Below, in pieces: positions 27,371 through 36,985 of a DNA stretch of 64,000 nucleotides (its first letter is position 1; each line of letters begins with the position of its first letter). A program made the position numbers and the translations under genes. This DNA is from Enterobacter sp. (lineage in GTDB: Bacteria; Pseudomonadota; Gammaproteobacteria; Enterobacterales; Enterobacteriaceae), in the NCBI GenBank assembly GCA_022649305.1, contig JALCNW010000009.1, positions 20,059 to 84,058 on the forward strand. Direction: 5' to 3'. The notes beneath the pieces were generated by a model. It was not told the DNA's origin. It saw nothing but the letters and a program-made list of their open reading frames with translations, and made no database searches.

Positions 27371-27452
27371 GTCAGACTTGCTCCTGCTATGCAATACCCC
27401 CATTTTACAATAAAAAACCCCGGGCAGGGGCGAGTTTGAGGTTAAGTAAGAC

Positions 27453-27944
27453 ATGAGACTGACATCTAAAGGGCGTTATGCCGTGACCGCGATGCTGGAC
27501 GTTGCGCTCAACTCCGAAACGGGCCCGGTTCCGTTGGCAGATATTTCTGAACGTCAGGGTATTTCCCTGTCCTATCTGGAACAGCTGTTCTCCAGATTAC
27601 GTAAAAACGGATTGGTTTCCAGCGTTCGTGGCCCAGGCGGCGGATACTTGCTGGGTAAAGATGCGGGCAGTATTGCCGTTGGCGAAGTGATTAGCGCGGT
27701 TGACGAATCTGTCGACGCGACCCGTTGCCAGGGTAAAGGCGGTTGTCAGGGCGGCGATAAATGCCTGACCCACGCGCTGTGGCGCGATCTGAGCGACCGT
27801 CTGACCGGCTTCCTGAACAACATCACCCTGGGTGAACTGGTGAATAACCAGGAAGTTCTGGATGTGTCGGGCCGTCAGCAGAGCCATGAAACACAACGCA
27901 GCACCCGCGCGCAAGACGCAATCGACGTTAAGTTACGCGCGTAA
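27453..27944 (+). CDS. iscR: Fe-S cluster regulator IscR
   Basis: 163 aa Rrf2 HTH protein with cluster-ligand Cys motif [13 protein letters not shown]. Confidence 0.97.
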   Translation: MRLTSKGRYAVTAMLDVALNSETGPVPLADISERQGISLSYLEQLFSRLRKNGLVSSVRGPGGGYLLGKDAGSIAVGEVISAVDESVDATRCQGKGGCQGGDKCLTHALWRDLSDRLTGFLNNITLGELVNNQEVLDVSGRQQSHETQRSTRAQDAIDVKLRA

Positions 27945-27972
27945 TAAAACGATAAGAATTTTAGAATCAGGC

Positions 27973-27990
27973 CGGGGCGTCTGCGCCCCG
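27973..27990 (+). promoter_or_regulatory. iscR-iscS intercistronic GC hairpin
   Basis: CGGGGCG-tct-g-CGCCCCG. It occupies the position of the structure reported in E. coli to protect the iscR fragment after RyhB-dependent cleavage of iscRSUA mRNA. Confidence 0.55.
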
Positions 27991-28061
27991 TCTACTCGGT
28001 CGTACATCCAACCGGTAGCCTGGTTCCTTGCATTGAAGCGATGTACGGAGTTTATAGAGCA

Positions 28062-29276
28062 ATGAAATTACCGATCTATCTCGATTACTCCGCAACCACG
28101 CCGGTGGACCCGCGTGTTGCCGAGAAAATGATGCAGTGTCTGACCCTGGACGGAAACTTTGGTAACCCAGCTTCCCGTTCACACCGTTTTGGCTGGCATG
28201 CTGAAGAGGCGGTTGATATCGCCCGTAATCAGATTGCCGAGCTGGTTGGTGCCGATCCGCGTGAAATTGTTTTCACCTCCGGTGCGACCGAATCCGATAA
28301 CCTGGCGATTAAAGGTGCGGCCAATTTCTATCAGAAAAAAGGCAAGCACATCATCACCAGCAAAACCGAACACAAAGCCGTGCTGGATACCTGTCGTCAG
28401 CTGGAGCGTGAAGGGTTTGAAGTCACCTATCTCGCCCCGAAAAGCAACGGTATCATCGACCTGAAAGAGCTCGAAGCGGCGATGCGTGATGACACCATTC
28501 TGGTCTCCATCATGCACGTGAACAACGAAATTGGCGTGGTTCAAGATATCGCGACTATCGGCGAAATGTGCCGTGCGCGCGGCATCATCTATCACGTTGA
28601 CGCCACCCAGAGCGTGGGCAAACTGCCTATCGACCTGAGCCAGCTGAAAGTTGACCTGATGTCCTTCACCGGCCACAAGATCTATGGCCCGAAAGGTATC
28701 GGCGCGCTGTACGTTCGTCGTAAACCCCGTATCCGCATCGAAGCACAGATGCACGGCGGCGGTCACGAGCGCGGCATGCGTTCTGGTACTCTGCCTGTTC
28801 ATCAGATCGTCGGCATGGGCGAAGCCTACCGTATTGCGAAAGAAGAGATGGAATCCGAGATGGCGCGTCTGCGCACTCTGCGTAACCGTCTGTGGGACGG
28901 CGTGAAAGATATGGAAGAAGTGTATCTGAACGGCGACCTCGAGCAGGGCGTACCAAATATTCTCAACGTCAGCTTCAACTATGTCGAAGGCGAATCGCTG
29001 ATTATGGCGCTGAAAGACCTTGCCGTTTCTTCCGGTTCTGCCTGTACTTCTGCAAGCCTCGAGCCATCCTACGTGCTGCGCGCGCTGGGTATGACCGACG
29101 AGCTGGCACACAGTTCTATCCGTTTCTCTTTAGGTCGCTTCACTACCGAAGAAGAGATTGACTACACCATCAAGCTGGTTCGTAACTCCATTGGCCGTCT
29201 GCGTGACCTTTCTCCACTGTGGGAAATGTTCAAACAGGGCGTGGATATCAACAGCATCGAATGGTCACATCACTAA
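28062..29276 (+). CDS. iscS: Cysteine desulfurase IscS
   Basis: 404 aa from ATG 28062 ([19 protein letters not shown]), with PLP Lys in [12 protein letters not shown] and active-site loop SSGSACTS. Confidence 0.98.
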   Translation: MKLPIYLDYSATTPVDPRVAEKMMQCLTLDGNFGNPASRSHRFGWHAEEAVDIARNQIAELVGADPREIVFTSGATESDNLAIKGAANFYQKKGKHIITSKTEHKAVLDTCRQLEREGFEVTYLAPKSNGIIDLKELEAAMRDDTILVSIMHVNNEIGVVQDIATIGEMCRARGIIYHVDATQSVGKLPIDLSQLKVDLMSFTGHKIYGPKGIGALYVRRKPRIRIEAQMHGGGHERGMRSGTLPVHQIVGMGEAYRIAKEEMESEMARLRTLRNRLWDGVKDMEEVYLNGDLEQGVPNILNVSFNYVEGESLIMALKDLAVSSGSACTSASLEPSYVLRALGMTDELAHSSIRFSLGRFTTEEEIDYTIKLVRNSIGRLRDLSPLWEMFKQGVDINSIEWSHH

Positions 29277-29299
29277 TCGGTAGGTAAGGAGATTCAATC

Positions 29300-29686
29300 A
29301 TGGCATACAGCGAAAAAGTTATTGATCATTACGAGAACCCACGCAACGTTGGCTCTTTCGACAACAGCGACGAGAGCGTTGGCAGCGGCATGGTTGGCGC
29401 ACCAGCGTGTGGCGACGTGATGAAGTTGCAGATCAAAGTCAACAATGAAGGTATCATTGAAGACGCGCGTTTCAAGACCTATGGTTGCGGTTCTGCAATT
29501 GCCTCCAGCTCCCTCGTGACAGAGTGGGTTAAAGGCAAGTCTCTGGACGAAGCACAGGCAATTAAAAATACCGATATTGCTGACGAACTCGAACTGCCAC
29601 CGGTGAAAATTCACTGCTCTATTCTGGCAGAAGACGCGATTAAAGCCGCTATTGCGGACTACAAAAGCAAACGTGAAGCAAAATAA
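29300..29686 (+). CDS. iscU: Fe-S scaffold IscU
   Basis: 128 aa with GAPACGD, YGCGSAIASSS and LPPVKIHCS. Confidence 0.98.
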   Translation: MAYSEKVIDHYENPRNVGSFDNSDESVGSGMVGAPACGDVMKLQIKVNNEGIIEDARFKTYGCGSAIASSSLVTEWVKGKSLDEAQAIKNTDIADELELPPVKIHCSILAEDAIKAAIADYKSKREAK

Positions 29687-29699
29687 TTGAGGTTTGAGT

Positions 29700-30023
29700 A
29701 TGTCGATTACCCTTAGCGACAGCGCTGCCGCGCGAGTAAGCTCCTTCCTGGAGAACCGTGGTAAAGGCTATGGCCTGCGACTGGGCGTGCGTACCTCCGG
29801 CTGTTCCGGTATGGCTTATGTACTGGAGTTTGTGGACGAACCGGCGACCGATGATACCGTGTTTGAAGACAAAGGCGTGAAGGTAGTGATCGATGGCAAG
29901 AGCCTGCAATTCCTCGATGGCACTCAGCTGGACTTCGTTAAAGAAGGCCTGAACGAAGGGTTTAAATTCACCAACCCGAACGTCAAAGATGAGTGTGGTT
30001 GCGGCGAAAGCTTCCACGTATAG
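29700..30023 (+). CDS. iscA: Fe-S carrier IscA
   Basis: 107 aa from ATG 29700 ([13 protein letters not shown]), ending in C-terminal CGCGESFHV. Confidence 0.97.
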   Translation: MSITLSDSAAARVSSFLENRGKGYGLRLGVRTSGCSGMAYVLEFVDEPATDDTVFEDKGVKVVIDGKSLQFLDGTQLDFVKEGLNEGFKFTNPNVKDECGCGESFHV

Positions 30024-30040
30024 TCGCGCTGTACCCTAAG

Positions 30041-30078
30041 AACCCCACGCGTAGTACTCCTGCGGTGGGGTTTGTTTT
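30041..30078 (+). terminator. Terminator-like hairpin between iscA and hscB (possible attenuator)
   Basis: AACCCCACGC...GCGGTGGGGTT followed by TGTTTT, inside the isc operon. Confidence 0.5.
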
Positions 30079-30101
30079 AATTGGCTAACCCTGAGATTGT
30101 T

Positions 30102-30617
30102 ATGGATTATTTCACCCTCTTCGGGTTACCTGCCCAGTACCCGATTGATATCCCCGCGCTGACGGTGCGTTTCCAGGATCTGCAACGTCAATTCCATCCT
30201 GATAAGTTCGCGAGCGGCACCCCAGCGGAACAGCTGGCGGCAGTTTCTCAGTCGGCAACGATCAATCAGGCGTGGCAAACCTTACGCAATCCACTCTCTC
30301 GCGCGGAATATTTGCTCTCGCTGCACGGTTTTGACCTTGCAAGCGAACAACACACCGTTCGCGACACGGCGTTCCTGATGGAACAGCTGGATCTGCGTGA
30401 AGAGCTTGATGAAATCGACCAGGCAAAAGACGAAGCGCGGCTGGAAAGCTTTATCAAACGGGTAAAAGGGATGTTCGATTCCCGCCATCAGCAGATGGTT
30501 GAACAATTGAATAACGAGACGTGGGACGTGGCGGCGGATACTGTACGCAAGCTCCGTTTTCTCGATAAACTACGAAGCAGCGCTGAACAACTCGAAGAAA
30601 AACTGCTCGATTTTTAA
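30102..30617 (+). CDS. hscB: Co-chaperone HscB
   Basis: 171 aa from ATG 30102 ([11 protein letters not shown]), with a J-domain HPD motif. Confidence 0.96.
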   Translation: MDYFTLFGLPAQYPIDIPALTVRFQDLQRQFHPDKFASGTPAEQLAAVSQSATINQAWQTLRNPLSRAEYLLSLHGFDLASEQHTVRDTAFLMEQLDLREELDEIDQAKDEARLESFIKRVKGMFDSRHQQMVEQLNNETWDVAADTVRKLRFLDKLRSSAEQLEEKLLDF

Positions 30618-30631
30618 TTTCGGAAGCGATT

Positions 30632-32482
30632 ATGGCCTTATTACAAATTAGTGAGCCTGGCTTAAGCGCCGCACCTCACCAGCGTCGTCTGGCGGCTGGC
30701 ATTGACTTAGGCACCACCAATTCTCTCGTGGCGACCGTGCGTAGCGGCCAGGCGGAAACGCTGGCAGACGCCGAAGGGCGTCATCTGCTGCCATCCGTGG
30801 TCCACTACCAGCAGCAGGGCCACACGGTGGGATATGACGCGCGTACTAACGCGGCGAAAGATCCTGCCAACACCATCAGCTCTATTAAACGCATGATGGG
30901 CCGCTCTCTGGCTGACATTCAGCAACGTTACCCGCATCTGCCGTATCAGCTACAGGCCAGTGTTAATGGTCTGCCGATGATTGCCACCGATGCAGGGCTG
31001 CTGAATCCCATTCGCGTTTCTGCCGATATCCTCAAAGCGCTGGCGGCGCGAGCTACCGCCACGCTTGAAGGCGAACTGGACGGCGTTGTCATCACCGTTC
31101 CGGCCTATTTCGACGATGCACAGCGACAGGGCACCAAAGACGCCGCGCGTCTGGCTGGTCTGCATGTGCTGCGTTTGCTGAATGAACCCACGGCAGCCGC
31201 GATTGCCTACGGCCTGGACTCCGGTCAGGAAGGCGTCATCGCCGTGTACGATCTGGGCGGCGGCACCTTTGATATCTCTATTCTGCGCTTGAGCCGCGGC
31301 GTGTTTGAAGTGCTGGCGACCGGCGGCGATTCTGCGTTGGGCGGCGACGACTTTGACCATCTGCTGGCAGATTTCATTCGCGAGCAGGCGGGAATCCCCG
31401 ATCGCAGCGACGTTCGCGTACAGCGCGAACTGCTGGATGCGGCCATCGCGGCCAAAATCGCCTTGAGCGACGCACAGACCGTCACCGTCAACGTGGCAGG
31501 CTGGCGCGGGGAAATCACTCGCGACCAGTTCAATGAACTGATTGCATCACTGGTTAAACGCACTCTGTTGGCCTGTCGTCGCGCATTGAAAGATGCCGGT
31601 GTGGAAGCCAGCGAGGTGCTGGAAGTGGTGATGGTCGGCGGCTCTACCCGTGTTCCACAGGTACGTGAGCGTGTGGGTGAGTTCTTTGGCCGCACGCCGC
31701 TGACCGCAATCGACCCGGATAAAGTGGTCGCCGTAGGTGCAGCCATTCAGGCCGACATTCTGGTGGGCAACAAGCCGGACAGCGAAATGCTGTTGCTTGA
31801 CGTCATTCCACTTTCCCTTGGTTTAGAAACCATGGGCGGCCTGGTCGAGAAAGTTATCCCGCGTAACACCACTATTCCGGTGGCGCGTGCGCAGGAGTTC
31901 ACGACCTTCAAAGACGGCCAGACCGCAATGTCCATCCACGTGATGCAGGGCGAGCGCGAGCTGGTGCAGGATTGCCGCTCCCTGGCGCGCTTTGCGCTGC
32001 GCGGAATTCCGGCGCTGCCGGCGGGCGGGGCGCATATTCGTGTCACCTTCCAGGTCGATGCTGACGGCCTGCTGAGCGTCACGGCGATGGAAAAATCGAC
32101 CGGTGTCGAATCGTCTATTCAGGTGAAACCGTCCTACGGTCTAACCGATAGCGAAATCGCCTCCATGATTCAGGATTCAATGAGCTACGCCGAACAAGAC
32201 GTAAAGGCGCGCATGCTGGCTGAACAAAAAGTTGAAGCCGCTCGCGTGCTGGAAAGTCTGGAAGGTGCGCTCACTGCTGATGCCGCGCTGCTCAGCGCCG
32301 CAGAGCGTCAGGTGATTGATGAAGCAACCGCTCACTTACGTGTAGTTGCCGAAAGCAATGACGCTGACGCAATAGAACAAGCCATTAAAAACGTTGATAA
32401 AGAAACCCAGGACTTCGCCGCTCGCCGCATGGACAAATCTGTCCGCGTGGCGCTGAAAGGCCAGTCCGTGGACGAGGTTTAA
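30632..32482 (+). CDS. hscA: Chaperone HscA (Hsp66)
   Basis: 616 aa Hsp70-family protein ([20 protein letters not shown]). Confidence 0.98.
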   Translation: MALLQISEPGLSAAPHQRRLAAGIDLGTTNSLVATVRSGQAETLADAEGRHLLPSVVHYQQQGHTVGYDARTNAAKDPANTISSIKRMMGRSLADIQQRYPHLPYQLQASVNGLPMIATDAGLLNPIRVSADILKALAARATATLEGELDGVVITVPAYFDDAQRQGTKDAARLAGLHVLRLLNEPTAAAIAYGLDSGQEGVIAVYDLGGGTFDISILRLSRGVFEVLATGGDSALGGDDFDHLLADFIREQAGIPDRSDVRVQRELLDAAIAAKIALSDAQTVTVNVAGWRGEITRDQFNELIASLVKRTLLACRRALKDAGVEASEVLEVVMVGGSTRVPQVRERVGEFFGRTPLTAIDPDKVVAVGAAIQADILVGNKPDSEMLLLDVIPLSLGLETMGGLVEKVIPRNTTIPVARAQEFTTFKDGQTAMSIHVMQGERELVQDCRSLARFALRGIPALPAGGAHIRVTFQVDADGLLSVTAMEKSTGVESSIQVKPSYGLTDSEIASMIQDSMSYAEQDVKARMLAEQKVEAARVLESLEGALTADAALLSAAERQVIDEATAHLRVVAESNDADAIEQAIKNVDKETQDFAARRMDKSVRVALKGQSVDEV

Positions 32483-32483
32483 T

Positions 32484-32819
32484 ATGCCAAAGATTGTTTT
32501 TCTGCCTCATGCGGACCTGTGTCCGGATGGCGTAGTTCTGGAAGCTGAGACCGGCGAGACTATTCTCGATGTTGCCCTGCGTAACGGTATCGAAGTAGAA
32601 CACGCCTGTGAAAAATCCTGTGCCTGCACCACCTGCCACTGTGTCGTTCGTGAAGGCTTTGACTCCCTCGCGGAAAGCACGGAAGACGAAGATGACATGC
32701 TGGATAAGGCATGGGGTCTGGAACCTGACAGCCGTTTAAGCTGTCAGGCGCGCGTCACCGATGAAGACCTGGTGGTCGAATTCCCTCGTTACACTATCAA
32801 CCATGCGCGCGAGCATTAA
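32484..32819 (+). CDS. fdx: [2Fe-2S] ferredoxin
   Basis: 111 aa adrenodoxin-type protein with Cys motif [12 protein letters not shown]...C. Confidence 0.97.
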   Translation: MPKIVFLPHADLCPDGVVLEAETGETILDVALRNGIEVEHACEKSCACTTCHCVVREGFDSLAESTEDEDDMLDKAWGLEPDSRLSCQARVTDEDLVVEFPRYTINHAREH

Positions 32820-32830
32820 TAGAGGTTAGT

Positions 32831-33031
32831 ATGGGACTGAAGTGGACCGATAGCCGTGAAATCGGCGAGGCGCTGTACGACGCCAATCCGGATCTCGATC
32901 CGAAGACCGTACGATTCACCGATATGCATCAGTGGATTTGCGATCTGGAAGATTTTGACGACGATCCCAGCGCATCCAGTGAAAAAATTCTGGAGGCGAT
33001 TCTGTTAGTCTGGTTAGATGAAGCAGAATAG
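32831..33031 (+). CDS. iscX: Fe-S assembly protein IscX
   Basis: 66 aa acidic protein beginning [17 protein letters not shown]. Confidence 0.95.
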   Translation: MGLKWTDSREIGEALYDANPDLDPKTVRFTDMHQWICDLEDFDDDPSASSEKILEAILLVWLDEAE

Positions 33032-33037
33032 AAAATG

Positions 33038-33065
33038 AAACGGGCTGCCTTGAGGCGGCCCGTTT
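33038..33065 (+). terminator. Hairpin after iscX
   Basis: AAACGGGCTGCC-ttga-GGCGGCCCGTTT immediately after the iscX stop, with a weak U tract. Confidence 0.55.
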
Positions 33066-33091
33066 GCTAGTTGCTAATAAGGATAAATAAA

Positions 33092-34378
33092 ATGACCGAA
33101 GCGATGAAAATTACGCTCTCTACGCAGCCTGCTGATGCACGCTGGGGCGAAAAAGCCACCTACAGCATTAACAACGACGGCATCTCTGTGCACCTGAACG
33201 GCAATGATGATTTGGGTCTGATTCAGCGCGTCGCGCGTAAAATTGACGGCCTGGGTATTAAGCATGTGTCTCTGGAGGGCGTTGGCTGGGACACCGACCA
33301 TAGCTGGGCATTCTGGGCGGGTTTTAAAGGGCCGAAAGGCACCCGTAAAGTTGAGTGGGCAAACCTCGACGACGCGGGCCAGAAAGAGCTGGAAAGCCGT
33401 CTGAAAATTATCGACTGGGTGCGTGACACCATTAATGCCCCGGCAGAAGAGCTCGGCCCGGAGCAGCTGGCGCAACGTGCTGTCGATCTGCTGTGTGGTG
33501 CGGCCGGTGACAAAATGTCCTATCGCATCACCAAAGGTGAAGATCTGCGCGAGCAGAACTATATGGGTCTTTACACCGTGGGTCGCGGCTCCGAGCGTCC
33601 ACCGGTGCTGCTGGCGCTGGATTACAACCCGACTGGTGATAAAGAAGCGCCTGTGTATGCGTGTCTGGTCGGTAAAGGCATTACCTTTGACACTGGCGGC
33701 TACAGCCTGAAGCAGAGCGCCTTTATGGACTCCATGAAGTCCGACATGGGCGGCGCGGCGACCATTACCGGTGCGCTGGCGTTCGCCATTAACCGTGGTC
33801 TGAACAAGCGCGTGAAGCTGTATCTGTGCTGCGCGGACAACATGGTAAGCGGTAACGCCTTTAAGCTGGGCGACATCATTCGCTACCGTAACGGCAAAAA
33901 CGTTGAAGTGATGAATACCGACGCCGAAGGCCGTCTGGTGCTGGCCGATGGCCTGATCGACGCTTGTGCGCAGAAACCAGAACTGATTATTGATATGGCA
34001 ACCCTGACCGGCGCGGCGAAAACCGCATTGGGCAACGATTATCACGCGCTGTTCACCTTTGACGATAATCTGGCAGGTCGCCTGATGGCGAGCGCTGCCG
34101 CAGAAAACGAACCGTTCTGGCGTCTGCCGCTGGCCGAGTTCCACCGTAGCCAGTTGCCGTCTAACTTTGCCGAACTGAACAACACCGCAAGTGCGGCGTA
34201 TCCGGCAGGTGCAAGCACTGCGGCAGGTTTCTTGTCCCACTTCGTGGAAAACTACCACGAAGGTTGGTTGCACATCGACTGTTCTGCAACCTATCGCAAA
34301 GCAGGCGTGGAGCAGTGGTCCGCAGGCGCGACCGGTTTAGGTGTGCGCACCATTGCGAACCTTTTGACCGCAGAATAA
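33092..34378 (+). CDS. pepB: Peptidase B (M17 aminopeptidase)
   Basis: 428 aa from ATG 33092 ([25 protein letters not shown]), with the M17 signature [12 protein letters not shown]. Confidence 0.97.
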   Translation: MTEAMKITLSTQPADARWGEKATYSINNDGISVHLNGNDDLGLIQRVARKIDGLGIKHVSLEGVGWDTDHSWAFWAGFKGPKGTRKVEWANLDDAGQKELESRLKIIDWVRDTINAPAEELGPEQLAQRAVDLLCGAAGDKMSYRITKGEDLREQNYMGLYTVGRGSERPPVLLALDYNPTGDKEAPVYACLVGKGITFDTGGYSLKQSAFMDSMKSDMGGAATITGALAFAINRGLNKRVKLYLCCADNMVSGNAFKLGDIIRYRNGKNVEVMNTDAEGRLVLADGLIDACAQKPELIIDMATLTGAAKTALGNDYHALFTFDDNLAGRLMASAAAENEPFWRLPLAEFHRSQLPSNFAELNNTASAAYPAGASTAAGFLSHFVENYHEGWLHIDCSATYRKAGVEQWSAGATGLGVRTIANLLTAE

Positions 34379-34385
34379 CTACATC

Positions 34386-34462
34386 CCCCTCACCCCAGCC
34401 CTCTCCCCTTGTGGAGAGGGTGTTCAAATTCCCTCTCCACAAAGGGGTTAGGGTGAGGGGAG
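34386..34462. repeat. Composite palindromic intergenic repeat (two inverted ~30-35 bp GC-rich units)
   Basis: The left unit is CCCCTCACCCCAGCCCTCTCCCCTTGTGGAGAGGG (34386-420). The right unit (34431-460) has reverse complement CCCCTCACCCTAACCCCTTTGTGGAGAGGG. A 10-nt spacer separates them. Confidence 0.8.
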
Positions 34463-34483
34463 AATGCACTATCTGGAATGATT

Positions 34484-35260
34484 ATGTCCGAAACCAAAAA
34501 CGAATTAGAAACCCTGCTGGAGCAGGCGGCGACCGAGCCTGCTCATCGTCCGGCCTTTTTCCGCACGCTGCTGGAATCTACCGTATGGGTGCCTGGCACC
34601 GCGGCAGAAGGAGAGCAGGTTGTCGAAGACAGCGCGCTGGATTTGCTGCACTGGGAAAAAGACGACGGCACCTCTGTGATCCCGTTTTTTACCTCGCTGG
34701 AAACATTGCAGAAAGCCATTGAAGACGAGCAGGCCTTTGTGGTGATGCCCGTGCGTACGCTGTTTGAGATGACGCTGGGCGAAACCCTGTTCCTCAATGC
34801 CAAACTGCCGACGGGGAAAGAGTTCACCCCGCGCGAAATCAGCCATCTGATTGGCGAAGAGGGCAACCCGCTCAGTACGCAAGAAGTGCTGGAAGGCGGT
34901 GAAACGCTGCTGCTGTCAGAAGTTGCAGAGCCACCAGCGCAGATGATTGATTCGCTGACCACGCTGTTCAAAACCATCAAGCCGGTTAAGCGCGCGTTCC
35001 TGTGCTCCATCAAGGAGAGCGCCGACGAACAGCCGATTTTGCTGATTGGTATTGAAGCGGACGGCGAAATTGACGAGATTATTCAGGCGGCGGGAAGCGT
35101 CGCCACCGATACGTTACCGGGCGATGAGCCGATTGATATCTGCCGCGTCGTGAAAGGTGAAAAGGGCATCAGCCACTTTATTACCGAACACATCACGCCG
35201 TTCTACGAGCGCCGTTGGGGCGGATTCCTGCGCGATCTCAAAACCAACCGCATCATTTAA
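34484..35260 (+). CDS. sseB: Enhanced serine sensitivity protein SseB
   Basis: 258 aa from ATG 34484 (MSETKNELETLLEQAATEPAHRPAFFRTLLES), as in E. coli SseB. Confidence 0.93.
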   Translation: MSETKNELETLLEQAATEPAHRPAFFRTLLESTVWVPGTAAEGEQVVEDSALDLLHWEKDDGTSVIPFFTSLETLQKAIEDEQAFVVMPVRTLFEMTLGETLFLNAKLPTGKEFTPREISHLIGEEGNPLSTQEVLEGGETLLLSEVAEPPAQMIDSLTTLFKTIKPVKRAFLCSIKESADEQPILLIGIEADGEIDEIIQAAGSVATDTLPGDEPIDICRVVKGEKGISHFITEHITPFYERRWGGFLRDLKTNRII

Positions 35261-35266
35261 AGCCTG

Positions 35267-35286
35267 CGGGGTGAATGTTCACCCCG
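35267..35286. terminator. Bidirectional hairpin between sseB and the RpiR regulator gene
   Basis: CGGGGTGAA-tg-TTCACCCCG spans the regulator's stop codon, 7 nt after the sseB stop. Confidence 0.55.
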
Positions 35287-36049
35287 TTGCTTCCAGCAGC
35301 AGTAAATCCATCAGCAAAACCAGATTCGATTCAAACGATGTCACCCCGGCGGCTTCAGCGTCGTAATGCACCGCTTCGTCATACAGCGCAAAATGAAGAT
35401 CTGCCATGCCAGCCAGCGCGTTGGCTGAAGCGCGCGTAAATGCCACTACCGTCATCCCGACGTTTTTCGCGATCCGCGCCTTATCCAGCACCTGTTCCGT
35501 TTCGCCACTTCGAGAGACGGCGATAAACACCTGATAGCGCGCAGCATTGCTGAGAAAAATATTCCGGCTATCGCCCGGCCCGGAGATAAATGCCGTCTTG
35601 CCCAGGACCTGTAATTTCTTCGTCAGGTATTCGGCGAACAAATAGGAAAACCCGGCTCCATAGAGAAAAAAGCTCTCTTTTTCCCGCAGCAGGGTGGAGA
35701 ACTGACGAAGCTTTTCTTCCGTCACCCATTGAAAGGTTTGCTGATAGTTGGCGATGAACTGGTTAAATAGGGCAGGTAGCGGGTTCACATCCTGAGACTG
35801 TGCAGCGATGTGAGGAGTATCAGAAAGCAGCTGTTTACAGTGCCAGATAAACTCACTGAAACCGCTAAATCCGAGTTTCTGACACAGCCGCATAATGGTA
35901 GCGGTCGAGACAAACGTGGCCTGCGCCAGTTCGCGTACCGTGATATTGCCCACCAGTAACGGGTGTTCCGTCAGATGTGCCAGTACGCGATATTCCGCGC
36001 GGGTCAGTGATTCCCCGCGCGTGAGTAGCGTTGCCAGACGGTTATCCAT
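35279..36049 (-). CDS. RpiR/MurR-family transcriptional regulator (GlvR-like, presumptive alpha-glucoside regulator)
   Basis: 256 aa with HTH_6 (ITVRELAQATFVSTATIMRLCQKLGFSGFSEF) and a SIS domain (LYGAGFSYLFAEY, AVSRSGETEQ). Its ATG shares one base with the sseA stop (TAATG). Confidence 0.85.
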   Translation of the reverse strand: MDNRLATLLTRGESLTRAEYRVLAHLTEHPLLVGNITVRELAQATFVSTATIMRLCQKLGFSGFSEFIWHCKQLLSDTPHIAAQSQDVNPLPALFNQFIANYQQTFQWVTEEKLRQFSTLLREKESFFLYGAGFSYLFAEYLTKKLQVLGKTAFISGPGDSRNIFLSNAARYQVFIAVSRSGETEQVLDKARIAKNVGMTVVAFTRASANALAGMADLHFALYDEAVHYDAEAAGVTSFESNLVLLMDLLLLEATG

Positions 36050-36894
36050 TATTGAGCGGGTTCAACCGGCAGATCGTCCCGCGCGCCCCATTCGCTCCAT
36101 GCGCCGTCGTATAACGATACGTTGGTCACGCCGAGCGTTGCCAGTGCCAGGATGACAACGCATGCCGTCACACCCGAACCGCAGCTGGCAATAATCGGCT
36201 GATTTAAATCTACGCCCTGACGCTCAAAGATGGACTGTAGCTCGTCGACAGTTTTTAGCTCACCCTCAAACACCAGGTCGCCCCAAGGCACGTTGTGCGC
36301 GCCGGGGATATGGCCACGCTTGAGGCCAGGACGTGGTTCGTCTGCCAGGGCATTGAAACGTGGCGCGGGACGGGCATCGACGATTTGCGCGGTCTTTTCA
36401 TGGCTGACCAGCAGCATGTCGGTCAGGCGTTTGATGACGGTGGCATCGAGTTCAGCGTCAAATTCGCCTTCCGGCAACGTCACTTCGCCCTGCTGTAGCG
36501 GCAGTTCATCGCGTTGCCAGCCTGCGAGCCCACCAGCCAGAATAGAGACTTTATCGACACCAAAGGTTTTCAGCATCCACCACGCGCGCGGCGCAGAGAA
36601 GAGATTGCCCTCATCGTAAACCACCAGATGTTTATCGCGGCTCACGCCTAGCTCGCGCATCGCCACTGAAAAAGCTTCCGCGCGCGGCATCATATGGGGC
36701 AGGGGAGAAGCATGATCGGACAGGGCTTCAATATCAAAAAATACCGCGCCCGGCAGATGTCCGGCGCGGTATTCCGCACGAAGGTCACGATGCTCTTGCC
36801 CGGGAGGGGCCATTCGCGCATCAATAATTTGTACTTCAGGGTCGTCGCTATGCTCAATCAGCCAGTCTGTCGCGACAAAATATGAGGTGGACAT
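36049..36894 (-). CDS. sseA: 3-mercaptopyruvate sulfurtransferase
   Basis: 281 aa from ATG 36894 (MSTSYFVATDWLIEH) with GGAGG SD. Tandem rhodanese domains with active-site CGSGVTA. Confidence 0.95.
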   Translation of the reverse strand: MSTSYFVATDWLIEHSDDPEVQIIDARMAPPGQEHRDLRAEYRAGHLPGAVFFDIEALSDHASPLPHMMPRAEAFSVAMRELGVSRDKHLVVYDEGNLFSAPRAWWMLKTFGVDKVSILAGGLAGWQRDELPLQQGEVTLPEGEFDAELDATVIKRLTDMLLVSHEKTAQIVDARPAPRFNALADEPRPGLKRGHIPGAHNVPWGDLVFEGELKTVDELQSIFERQGVDLNQPIIASCGSGVTACVVILALATLGVTNVSLYDGAWSEWGARDDLPVEPAQ

Positions 36895-36929
36895 GGGTTG
36901 CCTCCGTTTCATTTTTCATTGAATGGATT

Positions 36930-36953
36930 GTCGGTGTTTTTTCTGACACCGAC
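36930..36953. other. Intercistronic hairpin between the GH4 gene and sseA
   Basis: GTCGGTGT-ttttttctg-ACACCGAC, 8-bp stem, no flanking U tract on the transcribed (minus) strand. Confidence 0.4.
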
Positions 36954-36985
36954 AAGCAAACCACGTTCAACTCGCGAGCAACCCC

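Noticed and set aside
33074-34273. 399-aa ORF antisense to almost all of pepB
   Set aside because: This is a shadow ORF in the antisense frame of a strongly conserved, codon-biased gene. The product is Arg/Gln/His-rich with low complexity, has no SD and has no independent evidence. The antisense ORFs at 12687-13598 (purL), 28179-29111 (iscS), 19934-20614 (glyA) and 63256-63897 (guaB) are rejected on the same logic.
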